A stretch of 58,841 nt of DNA from Perkinsus olseni (lineage: Eukaryota), in contig JABANN010000161.1 in assembly GCA_013115125.1 (NCBI GenBank), forward strand, positions 1 to 58,841. Direction: 5' to 3'. Made by a program: the position numbers and the translations under genes. The notes beneath the pieces were generated by a model. It had not been told where the DNA came from, searched no databases, and saw only the letters and a program-made list of their open reading frames with translations. Shown one piece after another: positions 10,589-25,128 of this stretch. Each line of letters begins with the position of its first letter. The first letter of the stretch is position 1.

Positions 10589-11600
10589 TTAGAAGGTCCT
10601 TTGAGACATTTCTAGCTCAAGGTTCTCCGGCTTATAGACAAAGGAAGCTCCCCCACGAACACACGGAGGAATGACTTAGCTTGATAGAATCGAAATATCG
10701 GAGGAGTAGGGTCAATGTTATCGTAGCTTCCTTGACGGCCATACTCTGCCCAGGGCATTGACGGGAGCCTCCACCAAAAGCGAGGTGCTCACGAACCAGG
10801 GACCGGTCTACAGCACGGCCATCAGGCGAGAGCCAGCGTTCCAGCCTGAGATTACAAGCATACCTCCAAGGAGACTATCAGGAGCCTAACATCGCGAGCA
10901 ACTGCCACGCTTTTCTTCTCGAAGCTATATTCTCGCGTGCTTTACGACTTGGCCTCTGCTCGCTGTCTCCATTGGAGGTGTCTCACCGATTTCGTGTTTC
11001 AACCACTCGCGGAATGAAGGTGCAAGTACAAATTAGTAATATTCCTCTGTCCTATACCATTAAAGACTCAGAGAGTGTCGTTGAATGAAAAGTCACCGGA
11101 GTTCTGTACTTGAAGGTTGTGCCGCTTCGAGACTGCGTCGTCATGGCTTTACGTAAAAGTGTCACCACGATCGTCCCAGAGGGTATCGGCTTCCCGTCCA
11201 GAAAGGTATCACGGATGCACTCATTGGTCAGGAACGGACCGGCCGGCTGTAACTGAAGAATTGCAACATTACCTTCACACGACCTGATAAGAGCTCACTC
11301 TGAGAGTCTCCAGTATGCAGCACTCAACGTAGGCTAGCTTGCTGAGGTCTTCCATCGTTTTGGGGTCATGGCCGAGGACGTCCACCTCGGCTCTGGCCTT
11401 AGTTTGAATATGGGGGTCGAGTGAAAGGAGATAGAGGCACCAGGAGATTGTCACGGCTATGGCATCGCCACCAGCAAGCAAGAACCTGGTGGATACACAA
11501 GGTGTAGTGAAGGCACTCCACCCTACCGCCTCGAAGGCGACGCCTCCGCCCATTTGTCGAGTATCATCATTGCACGACCGAAGACTAGCCTATTCTGAAT
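10589..11600 (-). pseudogene. Cytochrome P450, C-terminal half only
   Basis: I-helix FLLAGGDAIA, K-helix ETLR, LERW and heme motif FGGGSRQCPG; stop at 10589; no room for an N-terminal half before the aconitase stop at 11831. Confidence 0.8.
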
Positions 11601-11830
11601 AGGGCAGTCGCATGAACCAGCCGAGATCTGTTGATGAAGCTGACTCCTACTATGCGCGGTACTAAACGTATTGACACGAACTTCACACTGACCCATAACG
11701 AAAAGTGTCACTTCAAAAAGATGAATACAGATCATGATGGACCACGAAAGGGCACTTCGTTGAGAAGTATAATGCCCGTGTCGGTGGTGAGCAAAACATA
11801 TGACGAGCATGGAGCCAACTCGGCGGCAAC

Positions 11831-14800
11831 TCAATCGGTAGAGGCCAACTTCCGCAGGACATACCTGTAGAAGATCGAGCAGATCTTCAGTACTCATGCA
11901 AGAGCCAACGACGAATGTCCGGTCCGCTCACAATCGCTCGTGCTCAGCGGCTTCATAAATCTAGCAGAATAGTGGCCGCACTTACTGCAGGATGCCGCCG
12001 TGCTGAAAGTAAGTTAGTTCAACTTCGGTATCTAGTCTGACGAGAACCCCGAACGTCGGCGTGTCCTTGCTCGTCGTGTGGACAGTAAGCATCTACGAAA
12101 GACCGAGCATCTCCCTCGGCATTTGGATCTCACAGTCTCCCACCTGCCCAACCGTCAAGTCGCCACCGTTGATATCGATAGAATAGCGCTCTCGACCGTC
12201 GAGGCCGAGAGTGTCAGCATCCACTCCTTCTGGGAACTGCAGGGGCAGTATACCCATACCCACCAAGTTGGACCTGCGCCCCAGAATCATATTCCTCTTT
12301 AGCGTGCATGCGCCAACCTGTGGATCCTCTCATAGCTCTTAGCAATGACCGCCTTAACTCCCTGAAGGCTCGGACCCTTGGCCGCCCAGTCTCGACTTGA
12401 TCCACTGCCGTACTCGGAGCCGGCTAAAATCACCAGCGGCTTGCCATTTTGAAGATACCTCTCGGCCGCATCATAGACGAACATCTTCTCGCCCGTCGGG
12501 ACGTACTCTGTCTTTGGACCAACCTTAACAAGGAGCGTCGGTGCGATCGTGTAACCCGTCCAGCGGAGCTAACCTTGCCGTCCATCAACTTGTTAACAAG
12601 GCGTATGTTTGCGAACGTCCCCCGAGCCATAACCAGATAGTTGCCTCGCCTAGAGCCGTAGGAGTTGAAGTCTTTCGGTTCAACTCCGTGGTCAATCAAA
12701 TAGCGACCCTAAGTCGGGCAAGGTGGGATCAATCAAAGGGTATCTAACCCTACTCCGGGAGAGTCGGGAGTGATCTTCCCTGCCGGGGATATGTGGTCCG
12801 TCGTGATCGAGTCTCCGAGGTTCAGCAGGCAGTAGGCGTCCTTTATGGACTCCAGAGGGGTTGGAGCCAGCTGAGTCTGAACACGAAGAAGCGCGTACTC
12901 CTACAAGCAAGAATCCAGACAAGCCGGTAGATAGAATCACGAGGACCCCCGGAAGCAGCTTGCCGAGGAATCCGATCTCATGAGAGTGCGAAATCCCCGT
13001 ACTTTGGAGAAGAAGGGCGGATTAGTTATATAGGTAGAATCGTCGCTCCACTCGAACTGATTGCCTGTCGGAGCATGTAGCTCATTCCACCTGACCAGCA
13101 TGCCATCATCGACCTGGATGCACTCGACCCAAACCTACCTCTTGTTTTGGCTGATAACCTTGGCGTAATTCTCTCGGAACATTTCCGGCCTTACACACTC
13201 CATCTCGATCCGAGCGATCTCGTCGCTAGTCGGCCAGATGTCTCGGAGATAAACAGGGCCCTCCGTCCCTGGACAGCAGAGCTATCACAACACACGCCGT
13301 CGACCAGAGATAGCCGTCACCTTGTCCGAGTGGTTCCTTATCGAAGTCGATTGTAACCCTTCCAGCTAGAGCATAGGCCACGACCAGAGGAGGTGAGGCC
13401 AGGTAATTAGCTCTCGTGAGAGGATGAACCCGACCTTCGAAATTCCTGTTCCCGGAGAGTACTGCTGCTACGACCAGGTCGGCATCGGTGATTGCAGAGC
13501 TGACCTGAGATGACGAAGCCCTCCTTCTCTCGAGTTTCGCCCCTGATGCCCATCTATTATTCGCATCCGCAGCAGCAGTAGTATGCTGGTGGTCGGTGAG
13601 CTGTCTACTATGCTACCGATATCTACACTGCCAGTGTAACACTGGTCGCGAGAACAGGGAGACCGAGAAGCAGGTCTTAGATAAAAACCTGTTTTTAAAC
13701 GAAAATTTGTGAGAGAACATACATCCAATTTCGGAATCGAAACGAGAGAATTCGAGCGGTCGAGCTTGATAAATTCGGAGATGAGGGTGATGGAGAGCCT
13801 TGCCTCCGGATCAAGATCTCCACTGTTGCCAATACAAGTCATACACCCAAAACCAGCAGTAAAGAAGCCTAGATCCTCCAGTGGTTTCAGCAGATCAGCC
13901 TTGCGTAAGTAAGCATCCACCACTCCGCTGCCAGGGGACAGTGATGTCTTGATGTAAGGAGACACCTATCACAAAAAGGGGGGTATGATCCGCCCAGGTT
14001 GCCCTCGCGTCAGCGCTGACATCTCACCTTGAGCCCCTTGTCTCGAGCGTTCCTCGCCAACAAGCCAGCACCGAGCATCACTCCGGGATTGGACGTGTTA
14101 GTGCAGGAAGTGATGGCAGCGAGGACCACCGAACCATGCTCTAGCGAGTAGTCTTTGCCCTTGTATGAAAATTTCTTCACTCGTGCTTGCTCGGCCTTAA
14201 AGAAGATTCCGATCTCAGAATCATCCAAGCCCTCCTCCCCTACCTTGTCAACATTGAAGCCCTTAAAGGATGTCGAGGGCGTTGATAGACCAACAGTGAA
14301 GTCCCTGGGCAACTCTGATACCGCCACTCGGTCGTGTGGCCTGCAAGGAGTCTTCCAGTTGTTCCGGCTGTACAACCAGACTTATTCGCACCTTTTAGGG
14401 CCGCTGACACAAGGCTCGATAGTGGCCAGATCGAGTTCCATGATGTCTCCCGAATACTCAGGCTCTGCGGAACCATATAGCTGACAATAGACAACATCGA
14501 TAGACACATCGATTCTACGGCCAGGCCAACATCAGCCACGACACACGAGATCGTGTCCCGGCCGGACTGGACTCCCAAGGAGACGGTTACTAGCCTTTTA
14601 CCTGGAACATCCCCTGAGCTCTGAGATAGGCTTCAACGTTGGCCACCGTTTCCCTCGACCTGCCGGTCTGCAGGAGATAGTCCAAAGACTTCTGGTCAAC
14701 TCCGAAGAAGCCCATCGTCCCACCATACTCCGGAGCCATGTTAGCGATGGTAGCACGATCGGCGAGGGACAGATTCGCGCACCCCGGGCCGAAAAATTCG

Positions 14801-16361
14801 ACGAACTTGCCCACAACGCCTGAGGCAGAGCAACACGGACAGATGACTATACGCGAGTCACACGGGAATCTTAGGTCGATCACAGTACATGACGAGTTCC
14901 GAAACCCTCTAGTACCTCGTTTTCTGAGCATATTAGTACAAGTGAGTACCAAATCCGTGGCCGTGGCTCCAGCTGGCAGCTTACCGGTGAGGCAGAAACC
15001 TACCACCTCCGGCAGAACCATCGATATCGCCTGAAAAAAGCAGCATCCCTCTTCAGGGAGGTATGTCCCCTCCTCCTCGTCGTGTACTACCTGTCCAAGC
15101 ATCACAGCCTCCGCTTCAATGCCACCAACACCCCATCCCGCCACACCAAGACCGTCTATCATCGTAGTGTGGGAGTCCGTCCCAACCAGGGAGTCCGGGT
15201 AGAGCAAGGCGCCGGACTTTTCATCAGCCCCCATGACCACGCGAGCCAGATACTCGAGGTTAACTTGGTGGACAATTCCCGAGCCCGGTGGAACGATCTT
15301 GAGGTTGTTAAAGGCACTGGCTCCCCACTTCAGGAACCCGAAGCGTTCTCGGTTACGCTTGAACTCGAGCTCTTGGTTCTGATGCAAAACAGCCATGCGC
15401 CTAGAAGAAACGGGTACCGCAAAGAACGATATATTCTGGATGATACCCTCGGGCTCGGACGGATTGCGAAAAAAAGAATGTACCCAATTTCACGAAAAAT
15501 TCACCTATACTTCTCCGTCAACCTATACTATCTCACCCGTTCCAGAGCCTGGGGGTTTCTCGAGTAGTCGACCATAACCGAGTGATCGATGACCAAGTCC
15601 ACCGGGACCAGCGGGTTGATCTTAGCAGAGTCACCACCGAGACGAGCCATAGCGTCACGCATCGCAGCGAAATCCACAACTGCTGGCACCCCTGTGAAAT
15701 CTTGCAGGATGACACGGGCTGGCTTGAAGGGAATCCTGAGAGAGGTCGGTTGTGGGCGCCTGCAATCACCTCTATGCAAGAGCCTATCGCATCCGCAGCT
15801 TCACGGTTCAACTAGCGCAATACTAATACCAAATCATCCACAAAACGTGATCGGAGCCTTCCCCAGGATGTACGGAGAGCTGATTTCATATCAAAAGATC
15901 CCCAGAACAGACTGCTCGGCGTAGCACTTAAGGACCAGGCAACACCCACTCAGTTTGGGACTTCGAAGTCTTGCTCCAGTTGAGAATATTCTCAACATCT
16001 GAGGTCTTCACCTCGAACTCATCACAATTACGAACTGCTGACTCTAGCAGGACCTGGTTGGGGCAATCGCGACTTTAATGATGACAGATGACAAAACTCA
16101 CCCTGATGGACAGCGGCAGTCGCTCCAATCGAGAATCTCCTGACAGGAATTATCAATGCCATTGCGAGGTCCTTCATTACGAGCGCACACAGTTCACTTC
16201 AAGCGGCCCAAACGTGACTCCATGAGGGTCCACCCTGCCGTACCTAGCTCCTTAAGATCGTAGTAGTAGTGACCAGTAGTGCCGAGGGCCTTGTAACACT
16301 TCTGGAAGGGATTAGCCTTCGACGAGTAGCTCCGACGAAGAAGAAGATTTCTCCCCAGCAT
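11831..16361 (-). CDS. ACO: Aconitate hydratase, AcnA/IRP type, with mitochondrial-like presequence; multi-exon
   Basis: Motifs [82 protein letters not shown]-terminus [14 protein letters not shown]. Confidence 0.97.
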
Positions 16362-16439
16362 AAAGGAAAAATGATTTCCTATCACCGAAGATCCCCGTGA
16401 TGCCCAGAGAAAACTCACTACCGATCGCGAACGGATATT

Positions 16440-18155
16440 TCAAGAAACGTGTGATGAATTACGAAAGTTGTGGTATGTGCTGCTTTGACAAAGGCTAGTG
16501 ATACCCCAGGTGATGTTAGCCAGGTCGAGCGCCGTGAGCCATGAAGACTTGGCAAGAGTAAGGATCTGCTCTCGGAAAAACTCAACCAAATTCACTCCGG
16601 CGGGCACCACAGACGGCAGTGTTACGGCCGACCAAAGGATATTGCTGATGTCTCTTCCAGTAAAGGCTGACGGACGTACCTCGCCATCTTTAACCTGAAG
16701 AACGCGAGCGTCTCTGCTGTTGCACACAGTCTCGAGCACGAGCAAGCGGAGCGAGGCAGGCTGACCTCTCTTTCATCTCACTAAATGGGATTGCTAAGAA
16801 TTTCCATCATCACTAGGTGCTGGCTAACGTGCTCTCTGAGAAGCTCGTATATTTCCGGTAGCATACTTCCGAAAGAGGAGGCCTGAAGAATCCTCTCTCC
16901 CCTACTACCAGTGCCGCAAGCAGCACGTCCCGGGCGAGCCTCTGGGTTGGTGACTCCAACCAGGTGGTAGTGTCTAGCAGGTTTTGCTCATACGCTTTCC
17001 CCAAGCTCCACAGGGATATCGCCAACTCTCGAGCACTCAATTGCAATATCTTGTCACTGCTCAATCTGCAAGCGTCAACCTAAGATACTCGATATATTCA
17101 TAAAGCTAGACTCCATCGTCACGACCCTACCACGTGAGTAACAATCGCCTCCATAAGATCGCGACGCTCGGAATATCCTTCACTGTGCGCAGGCGGGGAC
17201 GCCACTGTCCACAAAGTGTTAGCCAGATTTTGCCCCTCCAAAGGCCGCGATAGTCGGCCCTCGTTCAAAACCATCGCCGCCTTCATGCTCAGGCACCGCG
17301 GTATCGCCTTCTCTGTCGAAGACCAGGCGAATAGAGTGTTACTCACAAACTGAGCAGAGAGATTATACGATCCAAGGCCTTCCACGATCGTTTTATACTA
17401 TTCCAATACCCAACCCGCGGTACCGAAATTACGGCTTGGACCCTCCGCGATCGCAAAAAATATTGAGCGAACAGACACTGGAGCTCGGGATCTCTCAGCA
17501 TGCACACTGGCGCCCATACTATCCACCTTGATACACCCTGACGATGCGGTCCTGTGGCAGTTGCATCCCCACGCTGCCGCTCCCCAAGATTTTCCCATCG
17601 CCCTCTCAACATGGTCAAAGATCTTCCACAGAGCTGTAAGCTCCTTCAACTTCGACAAAACTAAAATATCTTCCCGGCTCTACCTGAGGATCCACGCTCC
17701 ATTCTTCGAGATGTGAAACCAATTTCATCAAAATCTCATCGCGCTCTGCTTGCATCGGTATGAGCATCTTCGAGCATCCCTTCAATCTCGCCAACCGATG
17801 CAATGCTGTTGCGGAATTCTTCGGTGACACCTAGAATTGATTTTAGTGACAGTCGCCGAACCTGGCAGCTTAGATCGAGTACGTCCCTCCACAGGAGCTG
17901 CAAACGATGTCCCAGAATAAGACGAGATACTCATCTCGTTCGGCTCAAATGCACCACACACATCCTCACGCACCCCTAGAGTGCTACTGCTGGGTGAAAA
18001 AAGTTACACAGCAGGCAGCCAGCGGTGAGCGTCTCTAGTACCGTATCCTGCCTCAGCAGTATCCTCACTATACCCACTGCATCCTTCCGTTTGAATGCAT
18101 GGTGGATTTCCCGTTGGACGGCCTGACTCCGCCGCAAAGACGATATTGCGATCAT
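16440..18155 (-). CDS. OPR/FASTK-like helical-repeat protein, probably organellar RNA-binding
   Basis: Repeats QNLANTLWTVA, RELAISLWSLGK, RDISNILWSAV, LDLANITWGI and N-terminal NSATALHRLA; basic N-terminus from ATG 18155 (inferred). Confidence 0.65.
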
Positions 18156-18183
18156 GCAGCAGACAAGGCTTCAACAACTCAGA

Positions 18184-18213
18184 AGGTCGCAGGTTCGATT
18201 CGAAGCGACGGCA
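18184..18213 (+). other. tRNA-derived variable loop/T-arm (B-box) remnant, intergenic
   Basis: AGGTC GCAGG TTCGATT CGAAG CGACGGC A. Confidence 0.55.
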
Positions 18214-18308
18214 TCCTCCCCCTCCCCTCTATTGACGGAACACCACCCAGCACACACTTGTTACCGAAACGTAGTGGTAAAACGTGTAACGGCTTCGAGA
18301 GACCCCTC

Positions 18309-19878
<1,570 letters not shown>

Positions 19879-21201
19879 TGTACAGAAGAGGGAACGGAAA
19901 ACACTAAGTCGAAGCACTTGAGTGTCGAACCGATGCTATCGAGATTTTCGCGGCAACTTTTTGATCCGCCCTGGCCTGTAAGTTCCCTGAACTCTCTCGA
20001 GCTGCATTCAACGATCGAGGGCCGTTTTGGAAGCGGCTCACGATTTTGGTCGTCGGCCAGAAGATCGACGCTTTAACTCCACACTAACTCACGACTGCCG
20101 ACTACCCTAGATGGATTCTACCGAGCCACCGGCGAGTCCAGTCTCAAATTGGAATGATGCCTGATACGTCAAGTAGTGCATGGTGAAAACAGCCACGTTT
20201 ATCAGCTCAAAGTGCGCCTAGGGCAGTCGGTTGATTTGTCTCCTAGGTTGGATTCAGTTCAAGAGACACCGGCGAAAATCGATTATCAGGCCGGCGCATC
20301 TCAAAATCTCGCTCGCCCGAAGATCTGAAACGCCTCGACCTTCAGGATGGATGCTGAAAGATACGCGACTGTTCTTGACCCACTACGCAGCGTAATGGTG
20401 AGTGACTCATCAACCTGGGCCTGCGGAGGCTGTTTATTCGTTTGTTGTCACTCTTCATTGCGGGTGAGCTTCGTTTACTGGGGGACTCCCAGTTGATTGC
20501 CAGAACGCAACAACCCTCGAGAGGTTGGAAGATGCTTATGAGAGAGCTAAGGAACGCAGGCGAGACGGGTGCAGGGTGTCTCACCACCGGCGTCACGTCA
20601 CCTGTTGTAGACAGTCTCGGACGTGCGCTAAGAGCTATGGCGTGCGCTAGACGTGCGCGTGCTGGTGGCATACCACTCTCCCAAACGAGAAATGCATTTT
20701 GTTAGAACGCTCGACCTCGGATTGGAGCGCGGAAGGAGAATTGCGTGGTGGAGAGAGCGCAAAACGTCAGTGGCCAGACACAGTGAATTAGTGGCAGCGA
20801 AAAGTTGGTGGGTTGGAGAAGGCTGGCTTGCTCGACTGACAGGGCCGACACTCTCTGACAACACCCTTAGCAAGACGCTCTGATCACTACACCAAAATGT
20901 TCGATTTTAGTCATCGTCGTCAGGCTACATGAGGGCGAATGGATGAAAGCAACTCCATCAAATTTAATCATTTTGTGAGTTGCTCTTTCACACGTGCCGC
21001 CGGACACGATGGCACGTGGCTCCTCGCTTGAGACCGGCAATTGAGACATATCAACGCAACGCCTCAAGTCTTAGACAACACACCAACACCTGCAATAACA
21101 TCTTCGTCAGAATCAACGTGGGAAGGTACTTACATAAAAAACCATCATCATTGAGAGCAAAGAGGCCATCAACAACAACCACATCACTCCTTTGCAACGA
21201 A

Positions 21202-23721
21202 CTAATAATGACGGTGGCACCGGCGGAGCTGGAAGACGTATCCTTCACTGAACCTCAGAGTCCATTCGTCGTTGGTTTCAAATCGAAGTTTAGTTTCTTC
21301 GGGAAGCATCGGTTCCACTGAATAAGCGTGCAGCCCAGCCTCGAAGAATTGCATTGATAATCGGCCTCTTTGTTCTCCGGTCAGAGCGTCCAGATCTAGA
21401 CTCAGCTCCTTGCTCCCATCATAGATAGAACCATTCAGTGGTACTCGGTAGGGACAGACGGTCGGCAGAGAAGAGGGGAATACGAACGCGAATGAAACGA
21501 TCCACGGGTTGTTATCATACACTCGCAGTGTGATGGCGCCGAAACCATGGGAAGCTGTTGGAGTGCAGTAAAAAACAGGACAGCTATCACTTCGATCATG
21601 CGGCAGTCTTGGACATGATTGGCCTTTTTCCGACCTCAATCTGAGAACAACGCTCTTGTGGCCTTGAGAAGTTAGGTTGTGATAGTCGAAGTCCAGACGA
21701 AGGTTCCTGTCAGCGGCGCCGTTTCTTCTCGTTTCATCCTCGTATAGCCTCACGTTGAAGAAGCTGTACCCCTGACCATCCGCTGATGTCGGGGCGATAC
21801 CTCTCGCGGACGCAATTCTTGCCAAAGTCGACAAGGCATGCAGCCTATCCTCTCTTGATAGGGTGAATATTTCTAGGTAAAAGCAGTTAGGCGAAGACGT
21901 GCAAGAGGCCCGTCGCAAGGGAATGAGTGCCGTCTTTCTATTCGCCCATCTATGCCTCGCCTTTTTGATTTCATTTTTGCGGTCTGCTTGACTGCTCGCC
22001 GCAAACTCACTATCCTCGAACTTCAGTTCAACTGCGAGTTGCTGACCGTGATGTGAGACCTCGACAGAAATGCTATCATTCACCGCTCTATCGAGCCCCA
22101 TACCCTCATTGACGTAGACGCCAGGCGTGACACTAGCGGCTGCAAGGGCTTCGGCACTTGGCTCGCCAGCGCGCGTTCGGGTTTGGGCTTCACTTCCCCT
22201 CGAAGCATTTCCAAAACGGCGCTTCAGCTTCGTAAACATTGACGCTGATGTCGCTGGCGACACTTTCCGTTGCTTGTCGTGCCGAGAAGGACCTTCCACA
22301 GAGGCTTTCTTCCTGACGGGAGACTCGGAGTCCCGAGCTGTAGCCGTTTTCTGCACAGGACGCTTACATAACTTGGGAATCTTGCACGACGACGGATGCT
22401 CCCCCGGGGATGACGGTTTACTGGATTGCACCGAAACTGGCGAGGGATTGTTGCTGACGCTTTTCCATAGAGGAAATTGAACGTTACCAAGACGGATTCT
22501 CATCGACGGCTTCGTGAAAACCACTACTGGTCTGTACGGCATTTTCCGACCCTCGTTAAGCTCCTCGACGACGTGCCACAAAGCGCTTCCTTTCGAGAGC
22601 CTGTACCCCACGAGGCTCTTCCCTCTCCGGTACACCTTCATATCGTGTGTCTCGCACCAGAAACCATTAGACTTTGTCACCTTCACAATTATTTCCGATT
22701 CATCGAACTTAACGTTGATGTACACTTCCAGACTGGTAAGGTGTCGTAGAAATTCCCGAGGAATAGATGCTTGATACAACTGATACCTATCTTTATAGCC
22801 CTCCTCTCGTTGCCGCTTCTGCAGCACTATATCAGCGTAATGATCACCGTTATCAGTTTTCAACAGCGCCTGGGGAGTCCGGAGGAAGCAGAGGGATAAC
22901 ACATTCGTAACGATTCCCATTTCGGCGAGGTGAAAGACGGCGCCAGCTTCGTCCACCTGTATTTCATAACACTGTCGCTTGCCACTCGAGGAAGTCTTTT
23001 TTGCCATCACTATTGGCCCTATGTCAACCGTGTTGTTCTCCTCGGCGCCGAAACTCATCCTGCATTGCAAGGCATCATCACCAGCTTTCCTCTTCTCAAC
23101 CACCATTTGAATTTGAACACCCTCGTTCGATATGCCCTGGTAGTATCCAGCCATGTCGACCATCCTTTCATCACGATGGAGCTGGACAACAAGACCTTCG
23201 CCAAACTTTATCGTGGTCGGTTGAAGGGGACGAGGACACATCAGAATGCTTCCGAGCGGCACTGCTCTGTTGCTTTCATAAGCCATGACAGTAGTCAATA
23301 CATCAAGAAATCGTTTCGGCTTGGAGACGATAGTGGCGACATCAAAGATAAAACACCCGTCTCTTCCGGGAATGACGAGAAGACTTCTAGTTTGGATTAG
23401 CTTAGCATTATTATCGGACATCTCCAAGGCGAGGCCTATGGTCGCAGGCTCGTCATTCACGCTAGATCTCATCGTCACGCGCGCGACTCCGCGCTCACCA
23501 AAGGCGGGCGGCAATGACCAAACACTGCTGACGAAATACCCGTCCGCGGTCAGGAGATCGTCGTAATCATCCTTGGCGATCGGGAGTCTTAGCCCACTAT
23601 TCCCCCCTTCGTTTCTTGTGGACGCCACGGCTCCTAATTTCGTGGCGCGTGACGATGATATGAGCCAAGACGCGATGAAGAAGATACGACCAAGTCGTTG
23701 AAGCATACGGGTTCTATGCAA
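21202..23721 (-). CDS. Intronless 839-aa protein with signal-like N-terminus and central low-complexity basic linker
   Basis: Long ORF; RIFFIASWLISSS hydrophobic segment. Confidence 0.8.
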   Translation of the reverse strand: MHRTRMLQRLGRIFFIASWLISSSRATKLGAVASTRNEGGNSGLRLPIAKDDYDDLLTADGYFVSSVWSLPPAFGERGVARVTMRSSVNDEPATIGLALEMSDNNAKLIQTRSLLVIPGRDGCFIFDVATIVSKPKRFLDVLTTVMAYESNRAVPLGSILMCPRPLQPTTIKFGEGLVVQLHRDERMVDMAGYYQGISNEGVQIQMVVEKRKAGDDALQCRMSFGAEENNTVDIGPIVMAKKTSSSGKRQCYEIQVDEAGAVFHLAEMGIVTNVLSLCFLRTPQALLKTDNGDHYADIVLQKRQREEGYKDRYQLYQASIPREFLRHLTSLEVYINVKFDESEIIVKVTKSNGFWCETHDMKVYRRGKSLVGYRLSKGSALWHVVEELNEGRKMPYRPVVVFTKPSMRIRLGNVQFPLWKSVSNNPSPVSVQSSKPSSPGEHPSSCKIPKLCKRPVQKTATARDSESPVRKKASVEGPSRHDKQRKVSPATSASMFTKLKRRFGNASRGSEAQTRTRAGEPSAEALAAASVTPGVYVNEGMGLDRAVNDSISVEVSHHGQQLAVELKFEDSEFAASSQADRKNEIKKARHRWANRKTALIPLRRASCTSSPNCFYLEIFTLSREDRLHALSTLARIASARGIAPTSADGQGYSFFNVRLYEDETRRNGAADRNLRLDFDYHNLTSQGHKSVVLRLRSEKGQSCPRLPHDRSDSCPVFYCTPTASHGFGAITLRVYDNNPWIVSFAFVFPSSLPTVCPYRVPLNGSIYDGSKELSLDLDALTGEQRGRLSMQFFEAGLHAYSVEPMLPEETKLRFETNDEWTLRFSEGYVFQLRRCHRHY

Positions 23722-25128
23722 CTGAACTAACCCTTACAATAGTGACGTGGCCACAGTCAGACACGACCGCTGTGATTGTAACATGCCCACAGCTAACGTG
23801 GCACCATCACAACCAAGCTCAGCCACCTCGGCCATCATCTCGGTATGTGTGTCTGTTCGAAGTGCAACACCGTCACCGGCGTGGTTGGACACAAACCCGA
23901 TGCCGACTGCTGTTCCGACGAGCCGAATGAACTAACTATACCATCATTCCGAGACAGGCTATCGAACCCACGAAAAATCGCTACTCCGGAACCGAAGTAT
24001 TGAAAGCAGATTTCACTAGTCACAATCATTGGCGGGGGTTGGTTTGCGAAGCACTGAGGATATCATAAATGTCCTCGAGACAGAGGAAAACCCATCCACG
24101 CTCGAAAAGCGGTGAAAAGCGCCCTAAAATGGCTACGCCCGCTCTTCGCTGGGCCGCACGTCTCGAGGACCTGGTGCCGAGGCTTTCCTGTCCGCCCGGA
24201 CACCTTAATCGTGAACGCCATGATCCAGACTATTGACTCAAAATGACACGAAGCCCGCTGGTCGACACAGCACAAGCCGAACTGATGGTCAATGGTGTGT
24301 AGTGATCCGCCTCTCCTTATCGTTGTTTTATTCGGATACACCATTGTGTTCGACCTGTCTCTGCGGCGTGTGCAGGTCAATGATATCTTAGCGCCCTTTG
24401 TATATTGCTCTGGCGTGAAGCTAGTAGTTGCTATTGAGACTAATTTTGATGTATGCATAACTAAGAAGTATCAAGAGCCTAACTTCCTTTCCTATGTCAC
24501 AGCTTCCGTCGAGTTCTAAGGGTGGCGAGATTCCTGCTGTTTCTAGTGAACGGCCTGGTCAAGCCGGGAACACTACAGTGCGCTGTAACGGTAATCACCC
24601 GCCACCTCCGATGGCCGCCCTCCCTTAACCTGCCATTTTAAATAGAGTAAGACATGAGAGTTGCCCGCAAAAATCGCTCAGGCGTTGCAGTGAGTCTGAC
24701 TAGCTAGCTCATTCCCTTCTTCGTATATCGCTCTTCCGTCGGCCTATGCCCCCTGCGTGTTTTCGTTACATCTGCGCCGGATAACACGAGCTCGAATCCT
24801 TCGATCGCTCACTCGATAGCTCCGTAATAAGAGGGAGACGCAACAAGCCAGAAAGGATCTCCATTGACCGGCCATATTAAGCTCTAGCCCTGTGTTCCCG
24901 CTGCGAGGGAATCTTCCCCGCGCAAACCACCGAGGCCACTCATTTCAACTCATATTCGGCCCAACGGTCATCGGTCTAAGCGTAAGCACAGGCTGCATGC
25001 TTGATGAATTCGGATATAAACCTGTGAGAAGAAAGAGGGAAGGAAATTTCTCCGCTCGAATGTATCCCTGAGGAAAGCTTCTTGCCGAACCGTCTTATTG
25101 CACTGCATATCAACGCTACAGAGAGTCA

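Noticed and set aside
10607-10621. SL-like CATTTCTAGCTCAAG
   Set aside because: Antisense to P450 coding sequence; chance similarity.
18120-18183. Intron-containing tRNA-Trp (CCTGACTCC...TCAGA)
   Set aside because: The 5' part overlaps the inferred coding start of the OPR-like gene and lacks D and acceptor arms; only the T-arm remnant is reported.
23955-23972. GGTTCGATAGCC B-box-like motif
   Set aside because: Weak match with no variable-loop or tRNA spacing context.
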